A stretch of DNA of 64,000 nucleotides. Source: Verrucomicrobiota bacterium. GTDB lineage: Bacteria; Verrucomicrobiota; Verrucomicrobiia; Verrucomicrobiales; DEV007. Of the stretch, positions 31,074 through 40,813 are shown one piece after another (positions within the stretch are counted from its first letter, which is position 1; each line of letters begins with the position of its first letter). A program made the position numbers and the translations under genes. The stretch lies in contig JASFYY010000118.1 in NCBI GenBank assembly GCA_045046875.1, positions 1 to 64,000 of the forward strand, in the 5' to 3' direction. A model generated the notes under the pieces. That model saw nothing but the letters and a program-made list of their open reading frames with translations, had not been told where the DNA came from and made no database searches.

Positions 31074-31859
31074 GTGCCTCTGCTCAGCGTTCAGAACCTA
31101 AACATCTGCCAAACCCGGCCCGATCGCTGGCTGCGCTATCAAGCCGCCCCGGAAAAACTGCTCGACCAAGTCAGCTTCGAACTCGAAGAAAAACAATGCC
31201 TGGCTCTCGTCGGTGAACAACGCAGCGGCAAAATGCCGCTCACTCTAGCCCTGTTGCGCCAGCACCCGGTTTCTTCAGGCCGGATCGAATACCGCGGACA
31301 GGATATCCTGGCAATGAGCAAAAAGCGCTTCCAAAGCAGCTGCCGCGAAATCCAAGTAGTCTTTGCTGACAACTTCTCAGCCCTGAACCCCCATCACAGC
31401 GTCAAAAAAATACTCAACGAACCCTTGGCGGTTCATTTCCCCAGCCTCAGCGAATCAGAAAAAAAACACCACATGGAATACGCCATGCAGCTCAGCGACC
31501 TCGACCCGGAACTGTTGCCGCGTTGGCCCGATGAACTCAAGCCCGGTCAACGCATCCGCCTCGCCCTCGCCCGTGCCCTGATCGTCGAACCCCGACTGCT
31601 CATTTGTCACGACATCGTCAACGCACTCGACAGCCCGGTGCAAGCGCAGATTCTCAATCTGCTGCTCGATCTACGCGACACCTTGAATTTGACCCTGTTA
31701 TTTGTCACACATGACCTTGCGATTGCCGACCACATGAGTGACCATATGCTCATCCTGCACCGGGGCAGCATCGTCGAAAGCGGCAGCCCGGAAGAAATCA
31801 TCCACCATCCCAAACACAGCTACACCCAAAAGCTCGTCTCCTCGACCACCACCATTTAA
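31074..31859 (+). CDS. Oligopeptide-type ABC ATP-binding-like protein with degenerate motifs
   Basis: OppF-like sequence; Walker A GEQRSGKM, signature LKPGQ, Walker B LLICHD, VTHDL. Confidence 0.85.
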   Translation: MPLLSVQNLNICQTRPDRWLRYQAAPEKLLDQVSFELEEKQCLALVGEQRSGKMPLTLALLRQHPVSSGRIEYRGQDILAMSKKRFQSSCREIQVVFADNFSALNPHHSVKKILNEPLAVHFPSLSESEKKHHMEYAMQLSDLDPELLPRWPDELKPGQRIRLALARALIVEPRLLICHDIVNALDSPVQAQILNLLLDLRDTLNLTLLFVTHDLAIADHMSDHMLILHRGSIVESGSPEEIIHHPKHSYTQKLVSSTTTI

Positions 31860-31907
31860 AATCTACCCCATTCAACCTCCTGAATTCTCTCTACTACCTT
31901 CTTTCAA

Positions 31908-33095
31908 GTGACTCCTCTTCTGCGAAAATTTCTAGGTTTGAACTGGGTATTGGTCTTCACCATGCTCGGCTTGATCATTTTTGGAATTTTTTCCATCTAC
32001 GGAGCCAGCTGGATGCGCAGCGACCCTGATCTGGCCAATAAATGGCGGGACCAACTCAACTGGGTATTGATCGGCTTCGGGGTATTTTTTGTTGTCTCCC
32101 TGATCGACTACCACTGGATCAAATGGGCTTCCATACCTTTTTATTTGGGATCCCTGGTTCTGCTCATTATCGCTGAGTTCAAGGGTATTGAAGTGCATGG
32201 CACCCAAGGTTGGCTGCGCCTGCCCGGTGGCATTTCCTTTCAGCCTTCACAGGTTGCCATTGCTGCCGGCATCATTATGCTGGCGATGGTTCTGAGCCAC
32301 CTGCACAAACTGCACTCCATTTTTCGCAACCACTTCCTGCGGGTTTTTGTCGCCGGAGTAGTCGGCGGCCTGCCCTTCCTGATGGTGCTGAAATCCGGCG
32401 ACCTGGGATCCGCGCTGGTCTGGGCTCCGGTGATCGGAGCCATGCTGTTAATCGGAGCCATTCCCTTCCGCTACTTGATCGTCATCGTGCTGACCGGCAC
32501 CCTGATCCTGCCCTTCGCCTATTTTTTCGGGCTCAAGGATTACCAGAAAAAACGCATCACGGTGCAGATCGACATGCTGATGGGTCGCGAAGTTGATATC
32601 CGCAATGAAGCCTACTCCGCCCACAACAACCTGATGGCCATTGGCAGTGGCGGCTGGGCTGGCAAAGGTTTTAAAAATCCCGACACCCTCAACTACAAAG
32701 GTTTCATTTCCAAGGACACCGCCATCACCGACTTCATTTTTCCCGTGCTCGCAGAAGAACACGGCTTCCGCGGAGCCTTCTTGATGCTGTCAACTTTCTT
32801 ACTCCTTCTGCTTCAAAGCCTTTTTGTAGCTTTTTACGCAAAAGATATGGTAGGCAGACTGCTGGTTGTTGGTGTGGTTGCGCTCTTTTTTGCCCATATT
32901 TTCCAAAACGTGGGCATGAATGTACTGCTGATGCCCATCACCGGGATCCCCTTGCCGCTGATTAGCTACGGTGGCACGTTCATGGTCATGGTTCTTTTTT
33001 TACAGGGACTGGTGCAAAGTGTCTGGGTCCATCGCCATGACCTGCAAGCTGAAGCCAAAGCTGCCAGCGGCATGCAGATCGACCATTTGAACTGA
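31908..33095 (+). CDS. rodA: SEDS peptidoglycan glycosyltransferase RodA
   Basis: QPS, DLGSALV, AIGSGG..GKG, TDFIF....EE.GF.G, PITGIPLPLISYGG. Confidence 0.88.
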   Translation: MTPLLRKFLGLNWVLVFTMLGLIIFGIFSIYGASWMRSDPDLANKWRDQLNWVLIGFGVFFVVSLIDYHWIKWASIPFYLGSLVLLIIAEFKGIEVHGTQGWLRLPGGISFQPSQVAIAAGIIMLAMVLSHLHKLHSIFRNHFLRVFVAGVVGGLPFLMVLKSGDLGSALVWAPVIGAMLLIGAIPFRYLIVIVLTGTLILPFAYFFGLKDYQKKRITVQIDMLMGREVDIRNEAYSAHNNLMAIGSGGWAGKGFKNPDTLNYKGFISKDTAITDFIFPVLAEEHGFRGAFLMLSTFLLLLLQSLFVAFYAKDMVGRLLVVGVVALFFAHIFQNVGMNVLLMPITGIPLPLISYGGTFMVMVLFLQGLVQSVWVHRHDLQAEAKAASGMQIDHLN

Positions 33096-33245
33096 GCTTC
33101 ACCAGATTAACTGCGCAGATCAAACTTTGAGTTGAGCACACGCCATTTTTCCGTAACGGTAGACCTCCGTTCATCAATCCCGATCAAGCTTGGATAAAAG
33201 GGCTCTTCCCTATCCAATCATTCATCCATTTCAATACACATCAGC

Positions 33246-34436
33246 ATGAAAATCGCATTCCTTACCGCCGGCGGCCTCGCCCCCTGTCTTTCTTCTTCGA
33301 TCGGTGCTCTCATCCAACACTACCAGACCCTGGCTCCCGATGCTGAATTTGTCGGTTACCTCAACGGCTACCAAGGGCTGCTGCTCGGCAAATCGATCAC
33401 TTTCCCCGAATCGGCCAAAAAAAATTACGAGGTTTTTTATAAATTCGGTGGCAGCCCCATCGGCAACAGCCGGGTGAAACTCACCAACGTCGAAGACTGT
33501 GTCAAACGCGGCTTGGTTCAAAAAGGTGAAACTCCGCTCAACGTCGCCGCCGAGCAATTGCGCAAAGACAAAATCGACATCCTTCACACCATCGGCGGAG
33601 ATGACACCAATACCACCGCCGCCGACCTCGCCGCCTACCTGCACCAACACGATTACGAATTCACCGTCGTCGGCATGCCCAAAACGGTCGATAACGACGT
33701 TTACCCCATCTCCCAATCCCTCGGAGCTTGGACCGCCGCCGAACAAGGCTCGCTATTTTTCCAAAACATCGCCAACGAAAATACCACCAGCGCGCGCCAG
33801 CTGATCATCCATGAAGTGATGGGACGCAACTGCGGTTGGCTGACCGCCGCCACCGCCGCCGCCTACCGCAAAAATCTATCCACTTGGGATTTCTTTCCCG
33901 AAGTTCTGCTCACCCAGGAACGCTGGGACATCGATGCCGTGTGGATTCCCGAGATGCCTTTGGATTTAGAAAAAGAATCCACTCGCCTCCGTCAACGCAT
34001 GGATGAAAAAGATTGCGTCAACGTCTTCATCAGCGAAGGCGCTGGCGTCGATGCCATCGTCAAACAAATGGAAGCCGAAGGCACCGAAGTGCGTCGTGAC
34101 GCCTTTGGACACGTGCGGCTCGACGAAGTGAACGTCGGCCAATGGTTCGGCAAAGAACTGAAAAAAAGCCTCGGTGCCGAAAAAGTACTGGTACAGAAAA
34201 GCGGCTACTTCGCCCGCTCCGCCGCGCCCAACGACGCTGATCTCGAGCTCATCAAGCAGAGCGCTGGAATCGCCGCCCAAGGAGCCCTCGCGGGAACCAG
34301 TGGCGTTGCCGGACTCGACGAAGACCAAGGCAATGAAATGCGTGTGATCGAGTTCCCGCGGATCAAAGGTGGCAAGCCTTTTAATACCGAAGAACCCTGG
34401 TTCATCGATATGCTGAAAGAAATCGGCCAGGCTTAA
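33246..34436 (+). CDS. pfp: Pyrophosphate--fructose-6-phosphate 1-phosphotransferase
   Basis: TAGGLAPCLS, GGDDT (PPi-type), PKTVDND, EVMGRNCGWL. Confidence 0.93.
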   Translation: MKIAFLTAGGLAPCLSSSIGALIQHYQTLAPDAEFVGYLNGYQGLLLGKSITFPESAKKNYEVFYKFGGSPIGNSRVKLTNVEDCVKRGLVQKGETPLNVAAEQLRKDKIDILHTIGGDDTNTTAADLAAYLHQHDYEFTVVGMPKTVDNDVYPISQSLGAWTAAEQGSLFFQNIANENTTSARQLIIHEVMGRNCGWLTAATAAAYRKNLSTWDFFPEVLLTQERWDIDAVWIPEMPLDLEKESTRLRQRMDEKDCVNVFISEGAGVDAIVKQMEAEGTEVRRDAFGHVRLDEVNVGQWFGKELKKSLGAEKVLVQKSGYFARSAAPNDADLELIKQSAGIAAQGALAGTSGVAGLDEDQGNEMRVIEFPRIKGGKPFNTEEPWFIDMLKEIGQA

Positions 34437-34447
34437 GCGGCGGAACC

Positions 34448-35764
34448 TTAGATCAAATCAAAGCGCCCGCTGCTATCCCCCAAGCGATCTTGCTTCACCC
34501 CCACTCGATCCAGCATCGACAGATACATGTTGCTCATCGGCACCGCTTGGACGGTTTTCAAATGACGCCCAGCCCGTAGCCCGCCACCTTTACCTGCCAG
34601 GATCACTGGCAAGTCATCGTGGTTGTGGCGGTTGCCATCAGAGATCGCACCCCCATAAACGATCATGCTGTTATCCAGCAAAGAGCTGCCGTCCGGCTCC
34701 TTGACCGCCTTGAGGCTTTCAAGAAAATAAGCAAACTGATCCAGATAAAAACGATCGACTTTTGCAATCTTGGCAATTTTTCCCGCATCATTGCGGTGAT
34801 GAGACAACTGGTGATGCCCCTCGCCTACTCCCAGACTTTTAAAATTACGATTGCTGCCATCATGCGCCACCAAAAAAGTAGCGATACGGGTGGTATCACT
34901 CTGAAAAGCCAATACCATCAAATCATACATCACCCGGATATGATCCTTGTACATCGCAGGAATGCCGGTAGGTTTGTCAATATCAGGCAAAGACGCCGCA
35001 AATTTTTCCGCATTGACGATCTTACGCTCCAGATCACGCACCCCGGTCAAATATTCGTCCAACTTTTGCCGATCCGAGTATCCCAGCTGACTTTGTAATT
35101 TTTTGGCATCTTGCAAAACAAAATCCAGGATACTTTGATCATACAAAGTCCGCCGCGCCCGACTTTCTGCATCCTGTTTGCGATCGCCGCTGCCAAACAT
35201 CTGCTCAAACACCAAACGCGGATCAATCTCTGGAGGCAAAGGCAAGGATTCGGTTTTCCAGGAAAAATTAAACTGATAAGCGCAGCTGTAACCCGAATCA
35301 CACCGCCCCGCCTGACGTGCCGGATCGCAGCCCAGTTGCAGCGATGGCAAGCGAGTCAAATGCCCGACCTTAGCCGCCGCATACTGATCCACCGAAATCC
35401 CATTTCGAATATCCGCCCCAGCCGTCTTGCGTGCTTGGATCCCGGTAAGAAAAGTTGCGTTCGCCCGTGCGTGATCCCCTGCCCCGTCACCATTGGCTTT
35501 AGCTTTGTCATGAGCCAAACCGGTGATCACCTGGATTTCATTCCTCAGCTTCTTCAAACCCGCCATCGATTCTCCCAACTGCCACTTCGCCCCCACCCCC
35601 TTCGGTCGCCAACGATCCATGATCGCGCCATTGGGAGCATAAACAAAAGCCATTCGCTGGGGGCGCTTGCCGCCCCTCTGCTCCGCCATCAACTGCAAAC
35701 CAGGCAACGCCACCACACTGCCCAATCCTCTCAAAAAAGCCCGCCGATGTATCCTGCCTTTCAT
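34448..35764 (-). CDS. DUF1552 domain protein
   Basis: RRAFLRG.G..VALP.L, GDHAR, SVDQ, CDSGYSCAY, HHQLSHH. Confidence 0.92.
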   Translation of the reverse strand: MKGRIHRRAFLRGLGSVVALPGLQLMAEQRGGKRPQRMAFVYAPNGAIMDRWRPKGVGAKWQLGESMAGLKKLRNEIQVITGLAHDKAKANGDGAGDHARANATFLTGIQARKTAGADIRNGISVDQYAAAKVGHLTRLPSLQLGCDPARQAGRCDSGYSCAYQFNFSWKTESLPLPPEIDPRLVFEQMFGSGDRKQDAESRARRTLYDQSILDFVLQDAKKLQSQLGYSDRQKLDEYLTGVRDLERKIVNAEKFAASLPDIDKPTGIPAMYKDHIRVMYDLMVLAFQSDTTRIATFLVAHDGSNRNFKSLGVGEGHHQLSHHRNDAGKIAKIAKVDRFYLDQFAYFLESLKAVKEPDGSSLLDNSMIVYGGAISDGNRHNHDDLPVILAGKGGGLRAGRHLKTVQAVPMSNMYLSMLDRVGVKQDRLGDSSGRFDLI

Positions 35765-35861
35765 CATAAAATCTCCCTTGTCTATATACTTTCCTTCACC
35801 ATAAATGGCTCCTAATCAAAATATCCCACAAACATCAAAGAAATCCACCTTCACTCCAAAC

Positions 35862-38180
35862 TCAACCATCCCCTCGCCGCTGTTGGAAAGGCGTCGATCT
35901 CACTACAGCCTTGATCAATTCATGCATCCGGTATTCCCCTTGCTCCACCTTGGAAGTAATCTCGCGTAAAGCGGGTTTGTCATAATATTCCATCCCCCTG
36001 CCCAAGGCATAGATCAACATCATCTCACTCAGACAACGAACAAAAGCATCTTTTTTTCCATTGGCCAACAACCGGCGCATCTGCGCCGGACCATCAAACG
36101 ACTCTCCGGTGTACAACACCCCCGATGCATCGATGGCTTTTCCACCTTCTTCATCTTGCCAGGCCCCGATGGCATTATAACTTTCCAAGCCAAATCCAAT
36201 CGGATCCATCCGGTTATGGCAGGATGCACACATCGTGTCCTCACGATGAATTTCCAACTGCTGTCTGAGCGATTTGTTTTTATTATCACCCTTGGCAGAT
36301 TCCTCCAAGCTGGGCAAATCCGGAGGCGGGGGCGGCGGCGGCGAACCTAGGATATTCTCCAACACCCAATTGCCTCGTTTCACTAACGAAGTTCGTGTGG
36401 GGTTCGAAGTGATCGTCAGAATACTCGCCTGAGTCAACAACCCTCCACGCTGTCGCTGCAAACCCTCGCTCAATTTCACCCTGCGAAAGGCCTCGCCTTT
36501 CACACCCGGAATCCGGTAGTGCCGTGCCAATCTTTCATTCACAAAAGTATAATCCGTGTCCAACATTTCAAGAATATTTCGATTTTCATCGACGATCGAA
36601 GCAAAAAAATGCTCAGTCTCTCCTAACATCGCAGCTCGCAAAGCTTCATCCCATTGCTTGAACTTTTTCTGATCAGGACTGACTATTTTTAAATTGCGTA
36701 ATTGAAGCCACTGTCCGGCAAAATTTCTACTTAATGCCGAGATCTTGTCATCAGCCAACATCCGGTCAAGCTGGGCATCCAAATTCTTCCTGAGCGCCCC
36801 TCTTTCCGCCATATTCAAAAGTTCATCATCGGGCATCGTGCTCCATAAAAAATAAGAAAGCCTACTAGCCAAAGCATATTCATCGACCTCGTGAATCGAT
36901 TTTTCATTATCCGGATCCGGCTGAATTTCACCACGAAAGAGAAAATGTGGCGACATCAAAACCGCCTGCATCACTAATCTCACCCCGGCTTCAAAACCCT
37001 CTCCCTGTTGCCTGGCCATTTCATAAAACCCCATCAGCCCCTTTAAATCCTGTTCCGAAACCGGCCGACGAAAAGCACGCCGGGCAAAAGCCCTCACGAC
37101 CTCACGAGCCCGCTCCGGCTCGGACCCTTTACCTTCTCCTGCTGCGAACAGCTTCCGTTGAACCTCACTTGGTGCAGGAACAGGTCGATTCAGAGGCCCG
37201 GTAAGCTTCACTCTCAACACTGACAAATTGCGATCTCGCTGACGGGGATCTTTTGCTTTGGGGTCATAATAATCATTCGAAAAAGTCATCTCCACCCAAT
37301 GCTCACCTGACTTCATTTCTGCTTCGATCACAAAAGCCTGCGGATTGTTGCGATTCGTCGTCACACGAAAATCTTTAGCCGGACCATTCTGCAGCTTCAC
37401 CTTCATCAACGGCCACTGCTTTTTTGCCGGGCTCCCTCCCGCCAAAATAGCGATCTGATATTTACCTGAATCAGCAACCTTCAAGCTCACCGCCACCGTG
37501 CCATTACTGCTCAAATCACCCGACTTGTTCGGCTTCCCTTTCCTGCCCTTGAATTCATTCTCATTATACAGCAACACTTCGGGAGCAGCTGCCTCGGTGA
37601 CAATGGCTTGGTTTAAAATATCTCCGCTCGCCTTCAGATAACGCTCCATCAAGACTGGCGGCAGCGACAAAACATCCCCGATGTTATCAAACCCGTAACC
37701 GGTGTCATCTTCCGGGAATGAATCAGCTGGCCGCAAATCCAGACCAATCAAATCGCGCATAGTATTATTATACTCCTCGCGATTCAGTCTGCGTATCGTC
37801 ACTTTTCCCGGATCCGGATGTTTGGCATCCAACTGAAAAACCTCACTTTCGATCCAAGCGATGACAAGTTCCCGCTCATCACTCCCAGGCTGCGACTTAT
37901 CCGGCGGCGGCATCAGATGTTTTTCCAAATTGTCATAAACCGCTGCCCACATCTTTTTATCACTCACCAACTCAAGTTCGTCAGCATACTCATCCAGAGC
38001 AATGCCCCCCTTATCCATGCCATCCCCATGGCAGTCGTAACATCGCTCGATCAACACAGGCTCCACATCAAGACCATAACTCAAGCGCTCCCCCTCCATC
38101 GAGCGCCATAAGGCCAGGCCGATAGCAATGATCAACGCGCTCACCAAAACGAGTTGGATTCCTAAAGAGTTAATCTTCAT
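35862..38180 (-). CDS. DUF1587/1595/1592/1588/1585 cytochrome c-containing protein
   Basis: CYDCH, RRLNREEYNNT, LASRLSYFLW, CASCHNRMDPIGF. Confidence 0.92.
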   Translation of the reverse strand: MKINSLGIQLVLVSALIIAIGLALWRSMEGERLSYGLDVEPVLIERCYDCHGDGMDKGGIALDEYADELELVSDKKMWAAVYDNLEKHLMPPPDKSQPGSDERELVIAWIESEVFQLDAKHPDPGKVTIRRLNREEYNNTMRDLIGLDLRPADSFPEDDTGYGFDNIGDVLSLPPVLMERYLKASGDILNQAIVTEAAAPEVLLYNENEFKGRKGKPNKSGDLSSNGTVAVSLKVADSGKYQIAILAGGSPAKKQWPLMKVKLQNGPAKDFRVTTNRNNPQAFVIEAEMKSGEHWVEMTFSNDYYDPKAKDPRQRDRNLSVLRVKLTGPLNRPVPAPSEVQRKLFAAGEGKGSEPERAREVVRAFARRAFRRPVSEQDLKGLMGFYEMARQQGEGFEAGVRLVMQAVLMSPHFLFRGEIQPDPDNEKSIHEVDEYALASRLSYFLWSTMPDDELLNMAERGALRKNLDAQLDRMLADDKISALSRNFAGQWLQLRNLKIVSPDQKKFKQWDEALRAAMLGETEHFFASIVDENRNILEMLDTDYTFVNERLARHYRIPGVKGEAFRRVKLSEGLQRQRGGLLTQASILTITSNPTRTSLVKRGNWVLENILGSPPPPPPPDLPSLEESAKGDNKNKSLRQQLEIHREDTMCASCHNRMDPIGFGLESYNAIGAWQDEEGGKAIDASGVLYTGESFDGPAQMRRLLANGKKDAFVRCLSEMMLIYALGRGMEYYDKPALREITSKVEQGEYRMHELIKAVVRSTPFQQRRGDG

Positions 38181-38429
38181 AGATAAAAAATAACCATCGT
38201 AGATTTTTAAAAATCAAACTCTCTTCGAGTTTTCCGCGTGCAGCTACCTGCCTCCTTTTACTGACTACTCAATCCGGAATTTGTTCATTCCGCCAGACTC
38301 CCCGCAGGTGAAATGCCCGCCTTTCAGAAGCACCCGGCAACACTCCCTACTCGCCAGCATCCAGCTAAGCACCCAGGCAAACACCCTCTCATATCTTTTA
38401 TTTATTTTTTCCTAAAAAAAGCTTGTAAT

Positions 38430-38466
38430 TAGTTAAGTTTTCTATAATTTCAATAAAACTTAACTA
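38430..38466 (+). promoter_or_regulatory. 12-bp perfect inverted repeat enclosing a TATAAT box
   Basis: tagttaagtttt (38430-38441) / aaaacttaacta (38455-38466); TATAAT at 38443-38448; 8 nt before ATG 38475. Confidence 0.6.
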
Positions 38467-38474
38467 TTTCAAAT

Positions 38475-39191
38475 ATGAAAAAGCTGATTGTTGTCGCTAA
38501 CGACCTGGAGGATTCTGGCAAGTCCACCTTCTCTCTCTCCTTCCAACACCTTTTGAATAACCAGGGAGTTAAACACCTATTCATCACTACCGATGAAGGT
38601 GACGTAGATGATAACTTTTCCGGTGATTACTGGGACTTTGACGAACAGCTTGAGATCTCCCAACTCATCCGGGCGATTGATCGCAACGATGTAGTTATTC
38701 TGGATCTCAACAGTGGTGACGCCCGCATTTGGGCCGAGTTTTTTGAAGAAAACGAGATCGACACGGTATTAGCGGAAATTGATGCTTCCATGACCTTGGT
38801 TGTTCCCTGCCACGACAGCGAGCGCTGCCACAACGAACTCATCGAACTCGCCGAGATATTTTCCGACAGCGCCGACTATGTCATCCCCCATTTCTCGTCC
38901 ATCACCGCACAAACTAAAAAACTACCGTGGAAAGGTAGTTACGCAGCCAAAGTCACTGACTACTTGGGTGCCCTGCACTTTGAAATACCGGAACTCAGTC
39001 AAGAGCTGGAAACGGCGCTGGAATCCCATGATCTTACTTTGTCTCAAGCCTTGACCCAACTCGATCAACTGCCACGTTTTGTGGAAGTTGCCGCCATGCA
39101 ATGGCTCGAACAGGTAGGCAAAGCCATCAACGGCACTGGAGAATACGTGTTGCCAAAAAATACGACTATGCGCAAAACAATGGCAGTTTGA
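38475..39191 (+). CDS. ParA/MinD-like P-loop NTPase fold protein
   Basis: N-terminal LIVVAND..DSGKST, LFITTD, VVILDL. Confidence 0.6.
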   Translation: MKKLIVVANDLEDSGKSTFSLSFQHLLNNQGVKHLFITTDEGDVDDNFSGDYWDFDEQLEISQLIRAIDRNDVVILDLNSGDARIWAEFFEENEIDTVLAEIDASMTLVVPCHDSERCHNELIELAEIFSDSADYVIPHFSSITAQTKKLPWKGSYAAKVTDYLGALHFEIPELSQELETALESHDLTLSQALTQLDQLPRFVEVAAMQWLEQVGKAINGTGEYVLPKNTTMRKTMAV

Positions 39192-39208
39192 GCCAGCGCT
39201 TCCCTCTC

Positions 39209-40798
39209 TCAAGGCAACGGCAATTCATCCAATTCTTTAAGCAAAGGCCGGTAAGCGTATTTATTAAGGATGGCAATCACACCACGGTCGCTGTTGTCAC
39301 GCGCAACATCAGCATAAATACCCAGTGCGTTGTGCATCTGCTCGACAGCAGTTTCCAGATTTTCAACCTGGGCATCCGTGTCCTTGGCTGCGCGCGCGAT
39401 TCCGGCTTTGCGCGCCGCATCAACCGCCATCATATAATGCAACGCGAAGGTGAAATGTTTTGCCTGGTACAAAATAAAAGGACGAGCCCCATCGCGGGCA
39501 CGGGTATTACCACGATACATTTCATTGACGGCTGTGCCGTAAAGTTCCGTCGCTTTTGCCCACCATTCAGGAGCGGGTTCGGATGAGGTGTAGTTCTTCA
39601 TGAACATTTTTGGATCAGGCACCGCAAAATCATAGTCATTTTTTTCGATCAAAGCCGACACCTCTTCGATAGCGGCAAACCCGTTGGAGAGACGTTCGAC
39701 AACCCCCTCTCCGCAGATGGGTTTTACCAGATCCACCAGAGATTCTGCCGGGGTGATTTTAGAATCAAAAGAAGCGCGCGAAAGGTAATAGATATCCATA
39801 TTTAAATCGCCGGGGATTGAGCATGTCACTGCAAATCCATCCTTTTTACCGCTTCGAATCTCCGCCAATTTAGCCGGAAGTTTGCTGGTGGAAAATTGCG
39901 GCAGCAAACCGCCTCCTCCTTGCCCCAATGGCAATAATACAATTTTTGAATCAACTTGTTTTTTTGCTATAGCTGAAGGTCTGATCCCGAGCTTACGAGC
40001 CAAGTTTGAAACCTCTGCCAGCATTTTTATTCGAGCATCAATCCGCTCTTGCACTGTATTCTTCCCTGCTAAGTCGGGATTTTCGAAAATCTTGGCTCCA
40101 GCAAAAACGGATCGCCCGGCAGTATCACCGGAAACAGAAAACTCCTTTCCATTTGCATTTTCTTGCTGACTTGCTTTTTGCGCTAAAGACACCCTGTTGA
40201 ATTTTAACTTAGCCAACTGCTTTAAAAGTATTTTCTGTTCGGCCAGCCCCCATGATTCCTGACTAGCCGGCCCCGCAAATGCCACTTGCCACGCTCTAAT
40301 GCGTAGATTGGGCTCAAGAACAGTATCAAAACCGGCAAGCGTGAATTCAGGTGTATCCACGGGAAGAAAATCGTCGTGCAACATGTAGCGAATCCCGAAG
40401 GAATGCCCAAGTTCATATACCGCCCATAGTGTTGCCACTGGGCTGCCCCCACCAACAATCAGCACCGTCTTGCCATCTATCTCGATGCTTTTCAAAAGGT
40501 GTCCTTGTTCTGAGAGCTTCTTCGGCCACTTGTCGCCAACTAATTTTGCAATCGCAGGGTTGGTCGCAGGGCTACCGACGAGAACCAGATGTTCCGTGTT
40601 CGGCGGAGCGAATTTAGCCACCTCAACACTAGCTTGAAACAATTCCTTAAATTGGCGTGCCATTTCCAATGCGGCATAAGCTTCCAGAGCTGGGGCATCC
40701 TCGCCGATAGCTACCGTGACGGTAGGCGCGGCAGCGTTCGATTTAAACGCAATACCGACGAACAATAAAAGCGAAATAAAGAATGTGAATTTTTTCAT
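39209..40798 (-). CDS. Secreted hypothetical protein with glycoside-hydrolase (GH20/GH67-type) N-terminal domain
   Basis: AALE, LVGSPATNP, IVGGGSPVATLWAVYEL...GIRY..H.D pattern. Confidence 0.6.
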   Translation of the reverse strand: MKKFTFFISLLLFVGIAFKSNAAAPTVTVAIGEDAPALEAYAALEMARQFKELFQASVEVAKFAPPNTEHLVLVGSPATNPAIAKLVGDKWPKKLSEQGHLLKSIEIDGKTVLIVGGGSPVATLWAVYELGHSFGIRYMLHDDFLPVDTPEFTLAGFDTVLEPNLRIRAWQVAFAGPASQESWGLAEQKILLKQLAKLKFNRVSLAQKASQQENANGKEFSVSGDTAGRSVFAGAKIFENPDLAGKNTVQERIDARIKMLAEVSNLARKLGIRPSAIAKKQVDSKIVLLPLGQGGGGLLPQFSTSKLPAKLAEIRSGKKDGFAVTCSIPGDLNMDIYYLSRASFDSKITPAESLVDLVKPICGEGVVERLSNGFAAIEEVSALIEKNDYDFAVPDPKMFMKNYTSSEPAPEWWAKATELYGTAVNEMYRGNTRARDGARPFILYQAKHFTFALHYMMAVDAARKAGIARAAKDTDAQVENLETAVEQMHNALGIYADVARDNSDRGVIAILNKYAYRPLLKELDELPLP

Positions 40799-40813
40799 AA
40801 ATTTATCTCCCGC

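Noticed and set aside
39209..40798. Possible internally deleted glycoside hydrolase
   Set aside because: It seems short for a full catalytic barrel, but the ORF is intact and the claim cannot be supported without an alignment.
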